This document shows, one piece after another, positions 37,001-50,444 of a stretch of DNA of 64,000 bases. This DNA comes from Iphione sp. A-MEVVRFRX5 (Eukaryota): positions 52,576,001 to 52,640,000 of the forward strand of contig OZ320313.1 in assembly GCA_976226885.1 (NCBI GenBank). Direction: 5' to 3'. The notes below the pieces were generated by a model. That model searched no databases, was not told the DNA's origin, and was given only the letters and a program-made list of their open reading frames with translations. Position 1 is the stretch's first letter, and the number at the start of each line of letters is the position of its first letter. The position numbers and the translations under genes were made by a program.

Positions 37001-40000
37001 CGAAACGCCAGAAAAATGAGGTGTTTATACTAATTAATCCGTGTCTATACATGTACATGCATATGGATTGCATAGGCTTACTTCTGAAAAAAACACAAAA
37101 AAGTTAATACGCCAAATACCCTTATGGTCACCTTGAAATACCGTAAACTTGATTTGATAATAACCGTGTCAGGGTAAATATGGTAGCATGCAAGTCAGGT
37201 CATGAGAAACAATGATAATGACAGATTTGAAAATTACAGTTCAGGGTTTAGATAAAAAAAAAAATCTATCAAATAGTACATGTTTACCGCAAAATGGATG
37301 ACGTGGTACGTAATAGAATCAAAAAGGTAGAATGGAACCAGGTGTCATTAAACTCGTAAATTTTGCAAAACCTCGGAAATAGGACGGATCTTATAGTGGT
37401 TGAGAAGGGGATGGCTACAAGACAGTCACAGGTAAACGTCATAGCAAACTTGCTGTGAAGACTTCTCAACACACGGTTGGCGAAAAGGAGGTGACTTTGA
37501 TGTCGAGAGGAGTCACGTATTTCCATGGGAATACGTTCTCATGAGCCTCTGTGCCGCTCTATCATGTATGTCTCAGAATGCCAGAGGACGGGCGGGTGGG
37601 GAACCGTGATGTGTGCGTGTGTTGTGGAAGGAAGGAAAGCCTCCTCACGTGACGTTTATGCTATTTGCATAAAGGCAATGGAGCGACATGTACCAGTCCG
37701 CCACTAAGTTTATAGATACGGTTGTTTCGCAGGTCAGTCTAAAATTCATCTATGTTCTGCACAATTGACACAATGTATGCAGTTATGTGAACATCTGTCT
37801 AGACAACGGCACTTGCCGAATATTGTGTTACGTATTCCCACACGTAACCGCACACATGCAGTACGAATGATTCTTATCTCTCAGCACTGCACTTGCGACA
37901 CACGAAAGAAAATCATATAAGACATTGTCTCTGCGGCGTAATTGATGTAGATATGTCATTACAAGTTTGCTCGTCGGAAGGAATTGGATTATCACAAGAC
38001 AATAAAATCCTGTTTTATCCAAGCTGCGCTCCTGGTTTGCGCTGACAGAGCTACAAATCGGATGACTTGGTTTGTGGTAAAAAGATTACGCCATGTGACT
38101 GAGATTTCAGCCCTGTGCAAAGACAGGCGCACGCAAGTACGATCAAATTATGCCATTTTGTTGCAGGCTGCCAGCAAAGGACATCAAAGCGCAGTAATTT
38201 CCTCGGCATCGCTACGTCTCCTTTTCGGCTCAGTCTTTAGTGTTGTACAAAACGGAAGTGAAGGTCGTGCACACGTTCTGTAACGCATGTATAGGCGTAT
38301 GCGCCTCGTGGGATAATGCAGGTTGGACGGAAGGCCTGCAGCCTCGAGCAAAGTCAGTGCCGGCGTATGATCGGCGATCCTGGGTTTTTAGTCACCCCTC
38401 ATGATATATGCGACCTACTGTAGCAGAGGCCAATTCATAGTACATGAGATCTTAAAGAAGCATACCGTTCAAAAGCACATACTCATCTCTGTTCAATTAA
38501 GCAGTAAATGGGGAAAGGCTATGATATTCTTTTGTGGACAAAGTTTGAAATAGAAACTTGAAAACGACATCCTACAAGTCACTCCGCCACAGTCATTTCA
38601 GCATATATGTTGCGTTTGTAATGAACGTGATAATAACATCATCATCAGAAATACAAATATGTTCTTCTAAGATGGCAACGTGTCCAGCTCAATGATTAAA
38701 TTGCCAATCAAGCCACGCTTTCCTATTTCATGAAAACAGAGATGCGTAATTATGTTGCCTTCAGCTGCATTGTGACGTTCTCACACAACATGTAGCTAGT
38801 CCTGCGGCATGCCCCGTTCCCAGAGGTTAACACTGACATACATGGGAATTCTCTGGCTGTTCTCGGTGAGTGGCTTCTCCCGGAAGCAGGCGTGTCCGCA
38901 CGTCGTCGCGTCCGGTGACGAGACGACTGACCCTGTCGACACTATGGCAGCAATCTCAGGATGACCCCTCTCTAGTAAAGGCCAGGGCGGTTCGGGTTGG
39001 AGGAAATGTTTGATTTGGTGGCCAGCCAAATGGTCGCCAGGGAAGGGGTAGCCGGCGTCAGGCAGGTGCCCAAATCAAACAGCCCATGGTTGGCAGTTTG
39101 CCGGACGCCGTCAACGGACTCAAACTAGGTGACCAGTGTCTTGGACACGCTGGCTTCATCGCTGCCATCAGGGGCTCTGTATGTCTTCGTCGAGCTACCT
39201 TTTTCTGAACAATTGTTATATTACGTCCCAGTTCTGTTACTGGGAGATCATTGTTTTACTTTGCATTCACTGTGTACATGTATATGTACAAGTAAATTGT
39301 TTGGCACATGTTCAAGCATGATTTCTTTCACGCTTTTGGTAACAGGGTTTAATCATTCAAGTTTATTGAAGAACGTTAATAAGTGTAAAACGTTTCATCT
39401 GTTTTTTTTGTTTTCAGCCCTTTGAGAACAGGTTCCGAACATCTTGTTCTCAGCTACAGTCAACCCAACTAGCACCCCCCATGCCTGCCAAACCACTGCT
39501 ACTAGAAGGGGGCAGCGCATATGTACATCATAATACGTGTAACTTAAACACCCCTCTCAGCGTGAGTGACGCCGCAGGGAGGATTCTCGTGGAGGGAAGT
39601 AGCCGCGTGGAGGTTGAGGGTTGTACACTGCCAGACAGGTCTGCAAGACAAGAGCCATGAGCAACACCCTGGGACTTAAGCCTTCATGGCAACCCCTTGC
39701 CCTCAGGGAGAAGGCTCCACATGGAGAGGCGATACGCTCCGCGCGATAAGCCAGCGCCCTGTGTCAGAAAACTCCGACCGATTATCGAGGCGGTCGGCAG
39801 TGGGCTGGTGCAAGAAGTGTGCGTCCCAGCCACACGGTGGCGCATGGAGACGGCTCCGCTTCTGGATGGCGTTGAAGCATTTGAGGCCTTTAACCGCCGC
39901 GTTGGGCGTATGATTACTTATCTGCAGGTGGGTTTTGATAGGGAGTTGTTCGCACCGCGGTCGATCCACCACTATCAACGTCCCCTCCGGGCTAACCCCT

Positions 40001-41848
40001 GCGATAATGATTCTTTCCGCTAGGGGGCGATAGGGCCTAGCATAACTGGCACCTTTTCCATTCCAACCTATTGCCCTTTTCAGACCCCACTGGGTGAGAG
40101 GTAAACACTGCTTTTGTCGTGGAGGCAAAGATCATCGAATATAAAGAGCTTAATCAAAATAACCTCGAAATGGAATTCACGGAAGAAATTCATGCTAATA
40201 CTGTTACTGCGATGAGCAATGGTTGTATTGTAGATAACTTTCTAAGAATGTTTCGCACGCAAAACAGACAAATACGCCAAGTAATGCCTTTTTATCATAA
40301 CCTGGGATGGAATCAATATATAAAATAGCTGAAAGCAACATAACATACAAGATTTGGGTGAAGTAAACTGCAAGGCAGGTAACAAAATGATATATGAATA
40401 TGGATTGAAATAGTGATGAATAACACGCACAGGCAAAACAGTATAAACGTAAAGGTGAGCAAAGGTGGGATTAGAAATAAAAACCGCTGACCAATTCTTG
40501 TCGGTAGAGGCTAGTGTGATGTTATCGACATTACTCCTATACAGGTGGTGTCGGGTGCCGGGTTGGGATCTTAGGAAACTAGAGTAGTGAGACCTAACGG
40601 GCGCTCAGGTGGCGATAATAGAGGATCTAAGGTCATACTATAAGGTTGTTATCATCGAAGACTAGGTATTTCTGGGCATGCAGGTTCCCACGGTTTGGAA
40701 AGGGCAACTGCACTAAAGTTACAACTTCCTACATTGCACCTCTACATACCTTAGATGTCTCCTGAAATGACATAAGACAGCAAAGAGAGTTACAACACGA
40801 GTAGAAGACTGAAAGCAGATGAGACTAGCAGTCACCTCTGTAGGACTACTTCACACATTAGAGGCAGGAGCATTTTAACCTTAAGCTCACGTTAAAAGCA
40901 AAATGCCACTGTTAAGAAGAATGCAGACAAGACTTCACTGATAGTTTACATGTTTGACCTTAGAAGTTCAAAGATACATGTATCATGATCCGATTGTACA
41001 AATTTCACAGCACATATGATATGGTAATGTATATGCAATTTATGAGGACATACTCATGCGTCTCACAAGCACAGATGATTCATTAATTGTGATACAATTT
41101 ATAATTTCTATATGACTATCGTGGACGTAAATATAGAGATAGCTTACCAGAACAGATAAAAAGTAAAGTTATGTACTCGTATTATCAGAGGGTGATATTA
41201 CACCAGACAGGCATGATAACAAAGTATAAGACCATTACAGCCACAATATTTATTTTCATAAAAAGATCTTATTTGGATGAGAACCATGTCTTCCGGTCAT
41301 GAATGCCCAAATCATATCACATTTTAGTATCTACTGTGACAGTTGTGATAATGAAAGTGACCTTCTGCTGATAGTGGATAGATTTATTTTTCCAAAGCCC
41401 GATGGAAAGAGAAAAAGACATGGGGCATGAGTGGGACTGGAGCACCAAGTACAAATATCCACGGGTATTTTGGGGAGCTTTTTTTTCGTGACCCGCCCAA
41501 CGGAGTTCTCCAGTTACTTGGACCACCAAGAAGTTCTGTTTTGAAGAAGACACGTGAGTTTCTCTCGAGACCCGAAGAACCCAAAGAGTTACTCATATTG
41601 ACAGACTTGTGGCACAAGGTTGATAATCCTTTGCCACTGACACGCTCAGATTCTTTGGCGTCTGCAGCGAGTTGCCCTTGGGGGATCGAATGAAATAGCC
41701 GCCTGAGTATATCGTTTAGATATGTTTCCGCATCTTCTCGTTGCTTTCTGTCAAGAATTATTCTAGAGAAACCGATGGCAATGGATGTATACATATATCT
41801 ATATATTTACGCACATAGGAAAATATCTCTGAAGTGAGCAATACTTAC

Positions 41849-41908
41849 TTGGCATAGTTGGAAGCACTGGGCTAGAGACTGTGCCGGCTGCCCACATGGT
41901 TTCAAACA
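41849..41908 (-). CDS. ANOS1: Anosmin-1 exon equivalent to human exon 3 (Cys-box C-terminal half), 60 bp, CLKPCGQPAQSLAQCFQLCQ
   Basis: Acceptor tcttcttgtttgtttcag|TGT, donor CAA|gtaagt, phase 0 at both ends. Aligns with human [21 protein letters not shown] (recalled): CLxPC and C-x3-C are conserved. Confidence 0.88.
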
Positions 41909-43574
41909 CTGAAACAAACAAGAAGACAAATGCTGTAAGTGACCTGTGATGAGCGTTGATCTCACATATCTGACACTGTGGCATAACACGTACAAAATAA
42001 GACAGTCTTTCGAAACAGTGCACGCGTATCTGCTAAAACAAAGTGGGGATATATGACAAAATGGCCACTTATAAGTTCATTTGAAATAAATATTGCCAAA
42101 TACATTTTACTTATAACTGCTCCCTTCACTGATGCAATCTATAACCACGCTTTTGCTAACCCCTTAAAATCTCGTATAATCTCTTAGATTAATTAGCAGG
42201 AGCATTGATGTATCATGAATATGCACTGCTGCTTTACATGACTATTGGCAGACAGATGGGGAAGCAAACATGCTAAGGTTCAAACCAATGGAAGGCGACC
42301 AGACCAAAGCTGCTTCGGACAGCATTGGAGAGACTAGCCACTGCAATGACCTATTCATCAGCTTATGGCAAACCAACTCGAGAGCGCGGCTGGAAGCGGC
42401 AGCTCGGCGTCAAACAATAGCCACACGACAACAGACCACTATCATTCGCCATCAGCCACGGTGTAGCGACAGCATCAGATTTAATCTCTCACATCTAATT
42501 GGTCAGCTGACGGCACGCACACGCCGGAGCTTAAACGTCCGCCCCGGACGTCATGTGGCGGCTGTCAGTGACGTCGCCCTTGGGGTTGACGGCGATTTGG
42601 AAACTGTAACACTTGTCTGGGCCAAGGCAACAAAGGTCTGTCTGCGGGTAGTGGAAGCAGGGTGAAGACTGATCTCCACCGTGTCATGAGCCAAATTGTC
42701 AAATACATAGGGACAGGTACTATCTGTGGCAAGACTTTTTATGCATCTGGCTCCCAAGAAGAGCAAAAACCCGCATGCAGTGTTAGTGCCATCGGTGAAC
42801 CAGTTTCGATAAAGCCTTTTTTCCCTATCACCTCCATGACCCCTTTCTTTTCTCAATAAAAGCGCATCCGATGAGTCACATTTAATTGAAACGTCAACTT
42901 CTCTTTCAGACCTTACGGGGGATCTTTGTATGCTTCAATTCGGCTGAAAATTTGCTCGGACAGCCCGACATAAATAGAAATATTTTTCATTAGACGAAAA
43001 AATGAGCTTTAACTAAGCATGAAAAGGGTAAATGGAAATACCGAGGTGGAATTTTTGGGTTGGACAAGGACAAGTGGCACCTGCAGGGGGCTGATGAGTC
43101 GCTCGTTCCAGTTCAGTGATCAGCGCGAGCAGCTGCCCACCCCCTTTCACAGCACTAAGTCAACGTCGATTGTCTCAATTAAGTTGTTGTAATTACACAT
43201 TACTAATAACCGCCAAAGTGACAATACCACGGGTCGCTGGCGGGGCTAAAACCGGATAGGCTGATGGCGGAAGTATGATTCTGCGTCACCAAATCTACTG
43301 CCACGCCCCCTTACCCTAGATCCACCACCTGACCGGCCTATGCTGCCTTTCTATGCACTGCCGCTCCTACGCTTCCCCTTCCCCGGATTCCGGCGATGGC
43401 TGCCCGGCCACCCGCTCCCGGCGGGCTGCAATCCCCTGGACTGCCGGTCCCCCTGATCCCCGTCCACCACCCCCTACCCTTCGGGTACATGTCCCGCGGG
43501 GGGAACGGCAGGCATTTGGCGGAGGCGCGGCGCCTTGATGAACACTTAGCGTCCTTTGTCTCCCATCACGGAGC

Positions 43575-43629
43575 CCATAATTAGCGCGTAATCCAATCAA
43601 TGCGGACAATGGATCGTCGCTATGGCAAC
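43575..43629. promoter_or_regulatory. Candidate enhancer: homeodomain, Sox and RFX X-box motifs
   Basis: TAATTA, TAATCC, ATCAAT, ACAAT and GTCGCTATGGCAAC (43616-43629) within 55 bp. Motif matches only. Confidence 0.4.
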
Positions 43630-46600
43630 GTTATCACAGGACCTGCCGACGGACATGTGGGCGTCCACGGCAAGGCCCCCCAAGGCGAGTGATATCATGA
43701 GAAGTTTTCGCATGAACAACTCAATTGCCAGAATCCAACCGTATTAGTCGAACTAGCGGGAGGATCCGCAAAGAGGCCTCCATTGTAGACTGCAACATTG
43801 CAAGATACCTACGCACAATAGATATCGGTAGTTGTTGTACATTTCTCCGTCACTGATAGGAAACGCATATCACTCTATTAAGAGCTGCCAAAGAACAAAC
43901 ATACCTACCGGCTTATCTGTACTAAATATATGCTAGCGTCAGTTCGTTGACTGAGTTCTGGTAATTAGCAATCCAACGCTACCCCTATTTTCAACTCTGT
44001 TTTGTATGAGACTGTATTCACGTGTTGTGGCCAAGTCACATCAGATGATGAATGTCCTATTACGTCATGCTAGGGTTCATTTTGTAGGAAGTCTTTATTA
44101 GTGGATATAGACCTTAAAGAAACCTTGTTGCGGGCAAAGTTATATACAAAACTGTTGACAAGAAGCGACGCCTCTAAAAAACAAATCCGCTTGCATATGG
44201 AATTCCATGTTATGAAATTCACTTGAAATATAAAAAAATACAATAAACCAGAGGTCTCTAGTCGCTTGTACAAACTTTGTTGCATGTGGCATGAGCAACA
44301 CGCACGAAATGAAAAGCAGCTCATGTAGATCAACTTTGAGCAGATATGGTTCAGTCGTCTGCTTGACGACCATCAGTTCCTACCGCTGCTCCACACAGCT
44401 GGGGTTTTCAATTTCTGTAGATCCAAAGGCAATGCTCTCGAAAATAGCATAATGATACTGGATCCCCCATTCTCTAAGACCATTACCAATACTGAGGGAA
44501 TCTTATTCACTAAGAATATTCCAAATTTAGCATAGGGAATCGCATATTCAATCGACAAATACAACCAAACACTGATGAAACGTTGATACAGAGTCGAAAT
44601 TATCTACCAAAATCCAATATGAGTAACTGTTGTAGAAGTTAGTCATTTTGTTCAGAATATCCACGAATTACACTTTCTTAAGATGATCAGTTATCTCAAT
44701 CATTTTAACTTGGGAAACAGAGCAGAAAGTGGCACCCCCTCATAGTTATCACGATTAGACTGTATCTATTTATATCTGTATGTCCACATCAATATTTACT
44801 GTGATCGTCTTGCATGGGGGTGCTACTGTCACACAGAGAAATCTTCTTACTCCCTTGTCAATATATTTAGAATCACCGGTATCCTGCACGCAGCCTTCAT
44901 ATCATACGACGACATTCTGAAGTTCTTCTTCTTATAACAGCATCGCTTTGTTTCGCAAGTTGTGCTGATAATGCATGTCACATGCGATGCCGCCTTGGAG
45001 CTAGAAACCTAATCCCTTGCTTCTCTTTGCAAAGCAGTATGCATAAAAACGTTTCAGAACAGACAGGTTTGCATAGAGGATCCATTTCTAATGCTGTATG
45101 ACGATGTGGTTGGTTGCTAAAAATGATCTTTCATCTATGAATGTACAAATGTAGACGTTTTCTAGCAGAAATATACTGTGCAACAGTAAAACATATAGTG
45201 TGTATATACATTACAAACGGCCAATAGATTTCACAATAAAGACCTTTACACGGCTCCAATATTTCACAATGTAGAGCTAAGGAGTGTAGCTTCAGTCTTA
45301 GGATCACGATCCAACGTAGATACAAAATGCATGCATACTATGGACGGCTTTTATCAGTTAACGGATGACAAGAAATTGAACAATTAACGTTTAGGAGCTT
45401 CAATGCCTTTTCAACATCGAGATCAGTAGAGAAAGTCAGAAATGACGAGAAACGAAACTATATCCTTTTGATGATAAATGCATCCCTACACAACTGTGAC
45501 CTTTTTTTTATCAGCACAACAGGTATCTTGACTTTAAGGATCGGGTTGCAAGTAGGCTGAGACACAAAGTATATGAAATACTAAAATATTTAAATCAGCA
45601 TCTACTCTATGCATAGCCTCCCTGTCTGTTAGTGTACTTCCTCTTGACAATCATGTACGTAGTTTAAGCATGTTCTAACGGACGATACCTGAAACATTTG
45701 CTAAAAATCCAATATCTGAAAGGAAACCTCTCGGTATACCAATTACATTTGCTACTGATATGCATCCCCGACAAATTGCCGATGGGAATGTACATGTAGT
45801 TTTAACATTTGAAACGCATTGAGTAATGATGAACATGAGAGAGTTCTAATAATCAAGAAATACGTCATTGACCTAATTGAAAAAATGAAATACTGTAATG
45901 TCTTCCTGGTCCATTACCGAAACTGCTGTGAGAATAACTCCTTAACAGCTTGCCATCACGTACGCAGAAAAAGGACTCTTGGCATCTTGAATCCATGCAT
46001 TCTACAGTGAACCAAATGTCAAGGGTCAACGGCATGCCACTAGGAGACGTCATTGTTAATACCTTGCTGACAGACGTGTCAATACATTTTCAAGTAAAAG
46101 TAACATACATAAATAAAATCTCGGAGAGTTTCCGAGAGGGATTCTCGACAGATGGTTGGAATTAATAATATTTTATGAAAGAGAGTCCCTGTAGACGTAG
46201 ATTTAAGTTTCCAAATCGGCGCCATGGATGCTGACTCTGCATCCTGTAACCTCGTAATACAGACAGCTGCCTGCTCCATTGGTCGGCTAGCTTAGTCCGG
46301 CCAACTATTCGACCGAGGGGTACTCCTGAAAGCGGAACTGCGCAGGGGTTGGGCGGCTGCTGTAAGCATGTGAGGGTGGCGGCAACTCTTGTTTGAGAGC
46401 TAATTGTCAATTGTCCAAGACGCCTCTCCGCAATGGACCTGATCAGTCGCCTGCTTTTGATCTCCATCTTTTAGTGCAGCCGACAGTCTCCTTATACTCC
46501 TCCGCCCAGCTCCTTCTCCAACTCCCACATGGCCCCTCCCTCCTGTTTCTCTCCTCAGACATGCGCCTCCACACGTCGTCACGCGCCATGCGTTTTTCTT

Positions 46601-48405
46601 TCGATGTGCGCCAAAACAAAGGCGCCTCTGGCTACAGGTAAAGATTGCAATTACACGTTCGACTGGCCAATTAATGCGCTAAATAGTCTAATTATTAGCT
46701 AATTAAAGTCCAGAATTCAGTTAGGCCGGTACTGGGCCGTACATGGTTGCGCAGCACGTGACGGATTTGGTTGTCTCTTACGCAACAAACACTCCTTTCT
46801 ATTACAGGGTCTGCCTGAAGCACTATTGAAGATATCTATGTAACTGATATACCTATGTTGTAGAGAGAATAGTTTAGATTCGGTATGAAAGTCTAATAAA
46901 AATCATATGATTGTAGATATAAAATTTGTCTAACTGTCTAACACTGTGACCAGCCACGGGAATAGGGGTATCCTGCACAAAAAAGTCAAAGTGTAAAATA
47001 ACCATTATTTGAGGCCAAAAATGAAGGAAATGGAAATCTAGTCATGAAAAACTCTTCTTGCTAATTTTTCCTGTAGAATATGTTGCAAAAGTCAGTTTTT
47101 GTAAATTCTTAATATTTATTAAGTTACTTTTAGTCATGTGATCAGATATGTAAGTAAGCTAATTTATATAAATGAATACATTAAGTTACCATAGTGACAA
47201 AATTTGAAAATTACTTAAAATGCCTTTATGATACAGAAATATAAGAAATGCCCTATCAAGAACTGAAATCCTTTCAAGAATATCTTTTCTAGAACAGATT
47301 CTGTGAAAGAATGAAAATTTAGGAATAATTTATATATTTTACAACATCTAGATAGTTAGACTATAGAATGTCAAGGAATGCATTAAGCATTAAATTTTAT
47401 CTTTTTGAAAGGTAGGTTATATCAACTTTCAATTGAGATATCTCAGGATCTAGAAGGAGTATTTACACAATCTTTGCACCAAATGATAGCCGAAAATGTT
47501 TTTTAGTTTCCATAGGTTTGCACTGGAATATGTCTTAGAGATTTCTAAAAGTAGATTACTGTATCAAAAATACATTTACAAGAAAAACTAAATGGTTTTT
47601 ATGTCTAGGACTGTGAATTAATGCAGCTACTACAATTAACACCAGCTTTTCAAAAGTGTCAATAACTTGACATTTATATTTAGTAATAACACATTATGTT
47701 AATACTGAAATACGTTTATAGTGTACAGGTACATTAGTGTTATAAAGTCTGTTCAGATTCCTTCATAGGTTTACAAATAAAACCGATTGGCAAATTGATG
47801 CCTAGCCTAGACTGAACCTTTTTGTTTATTTGGCCTTTTGAAGGAAAAAGTGCTCACTGAGAGGCCAGGTGAAAATCCTTCCGACACACAAAAGAGACAA
47901 GTGGAATTTTTCCTCAATTGTGTACCCTGAATAGCATTAAAGCTTAACAATAGGAGATGCCGTCTCAATTCAATCCAATTTAAGAGAAGATTGTTTCACG
48001 TTATTGGGTCTCAATTTTATGCCGCCCGCTACGCTCCACTCGTAAGAGCGTCATTGTTACTTCAATGAAACTATGGCCTGGTGACCTACCCTTCCCGGGT
48101 CACATGATTTCACTGCCTTTTTTTCCTCCCCACTCCACCTCCCTAACGGCGCCCCATTCGGCCTTGGGCCCTCCTAGCACATCCGCCAAGGGCGCACATG
48201 CGCATGAAAGTGAAATTTATTGTTTTCCATAACATTACAAACAGCATCACGTGACAGGCAGGGGCCACTTGGTGGCGCTGGGGATCGAGTGGAGCCGCAG
48301 GGGATGGTGGGGAAAGGGAGGACACTAAGTGAGGGATCGTGGGGGAGACCCAGCTTTTGTAGGTATCGAGTATTGCTGTTTTTCTTGTAAGGGTTGCCTG
48401 TATAT

Positions 48406-48660
48406 TGCACGAGCGAATCTGCACGCTACATACAATTACAGTAAATAAGATTTAAATATGCTCAAAAGACTCTCATTGCATGGTTAGGTATGTTTATTAG
48501 GAAACATCCCCTCGAGAGTAAATGGACATGCATAAATATTGACACAATACAGCTCTTGAGGGATGCATGAGTGAATCTGCACACTACATACAATCTAGTT
48601 TTATTCATTAGCATGGGTTGAAGAATTATAGTAGATGTTCACAAGAGTTTTTATTGCATG
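48406..48660. repeat. Diverged direct repeat, about 158-bp period
   Basis: TGCACGAGCGAATCTGCACGCTACATACAAT at 48406 and TGCATGAGTGAATCTGCACACTACATACAAT at 48564. Both are followed downstream by ...ATTGCATG. Confidence 0.6.
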
Positions 48661-50444
48661 CTGAACTGAATGGAGTCGTAGTTTAATCATCGTAAAGAAA
48701 GACATATGCTCAAGATTGATATACGTGTATGTTGATATGTGCTTTTGGGTTGATACGCCTCTATTTCCTTATGCTGTTTCTCTTTTAACAGTAGGTTTAC
48801 TCCGGTACAAATCTTTGGACAACGCTTATGGAAGCTGTCTGCTTTTGCTGGTGACTCTTAGCAACATATTGTACTGGATAAAATCTCATGGCATATTTAA
48901 AAGCATAAATTTGGCAAACATTCAAATTGGGAAAGTGCAGTGACTGGCATCTCAGTCAGGTCCCAACTCCTGAGTGGCAGTAGAGCTAGTGTCTCAGGAA
49001 ATAAATGAGGCACCCATATGAAGGTCAAAATATCTGTCGATTCTTACTTTAGTTTCTCAGCGTTTAATTTTGATTAAAGTTTCATTACTTTAAGAACTTT
49101 TCACCTGTATAGGTCTTCGTCACAGTCAAACCAACAAATATGTTCTTCGTCATAACTCCACCTACGTGTTGATACATATATTAAAATTTTTAGATACGCC
49201 GTTTAACTGTTGAAGTAGTATACTTAGTCGCCATGCTGTAAATTAAGGAATACTGCCATGAGCAACTACAGGGACGATAAAACTACTTGGATACTATAGC
49301 AGCATGCAGTATTCTCACACAATGCTACCACAGGCATGAAATTGTAGTTTGCGTATTCACATGTATGTACATACGCACGGTATTGGCACGCATGCTTAAG
49401 GAGACACGTGTGCTTAGTTCCTGACGCGTTTACGCGGCACAAGGATAACCTTAAGAAATGTTCACCGTAAAAGAGTTACGAACACCATCAGCTAACGAGC
49501 TAGATAAATATATCCTTGATCAGCGTAAATTAGAGTTCCTGCGTCCTTTTACCGGCATACGTTCCTGTGGTCTTTTGAAGGTAGCTTGAGATGATCGCTT
49601 GTTACTGTGAGTAATGGCCTTGCCTGCCACTTACAGTCAGAACTGTTCACAAATTCTATTCCCCAATGACCACTGGCACCCCCTTGGCCTGCCTCGCCAC
49701 CTACGGCCCTCACTACTTCCGACATTACCTAGCCCCCTTCCAGTCCTATTGCGCATGCGTGAGGCTAACTTTGCGCCAGTCTCTTGCTGTTGATGCCGGT
49801 AGTTTTGGCAGCAGTACTCGCATTCACCCCTCGATCCTTGATCTCTCCCTCGATCAATCACTCACAACTCACCCCCCAACCTCAGCCAACCCGCTAACAC
49901 CCGCCCCACCCCTAACCCCACCCAAAGCTCCTGTCCATTCCTACTCCTACCCCTTCTTCTCGTCTAGACACACGACACAAGTTCCATAGACCTCCCATCC
50001 AACCACCCCATCACCCCTCGCCTCACACTTCCAATGCCCAGCGAAGTGCCTGATTATAATGATGATCTATTGCCATGGAAACCACTGCTGACAATAATCA
50101 CAGGTGTTGGGTAGAATTCTCCGAGGCCCCTTCCAGCCCCAGTCTTACTGCTGAGACATAACCTTTTAGCGATAAAAGTCATAATTCTTAACCCTTTCTT
50201 ATCACTCAGGCCATGGAAGAAAGTCAAACCAATTGTATGGTACATTTGTAGTTTGAGTTAGAAGACAAAAAACACTACTTCTTCATTTTGAACAAAACAC
50301 ATATCAAGTATAGCTAATGAGAACAAAATTTATATGATTTGCCATGACAACGTGCAGAAGCATAGACCAGACAAATATGCGACTAAACAAACAAATAAAT
50401 ATATCAAGAATATAGATCAAAGATATATATTTACACTACTTATA

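Larger units (their letters stand above)
3550..41908 (-). other. ANOS1: Partial anosmin-1 gene model: join(41908-41849, 19638-19428, 7513-7329, 3679-3550); 5' and 3' exons not found in the window
   Basis: The four exons splice in frame (phases 0,0,1,0,1) with GT-AG ends. The product runs CLKPC...CFQLCQ|NQEDDCEQSC...WAP...HLHIG|VPDIPR...WHQVSQ|TTHTSAILRDVGPGRWYQFRV. Cys-box, WAP, FnIII is the anosmin domain order. Introns are 22210, 11914 and 3649 bp. Confidence 0.93.

Noticed and set aside
38796-39029. ORF with a C-x3-C motif (TTCGHACF) as a candidate anosmin exon 1
   Set aside because: No signal peptide, and it lies downstream of the exon-3 equivalent.
41384-41794. 136-aa minus-strand ORF just downstream of the 60-bp exon
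   Set aside because: No similarity to anosmin or any family I recognise, and the true exon has a strong gtaagt donor before it.
43090-43140. CTGATGA hammerhead-core motifs (also near 6272, 24295, 62966)
   Set aside because: None is followed by a stem II closed by GAAA plus stems I and III.
46950-47640. AT-rich stretch that looks like a decayed repeat
   Set aside because: No TIRs, TSD or second copy could be defined in the window.
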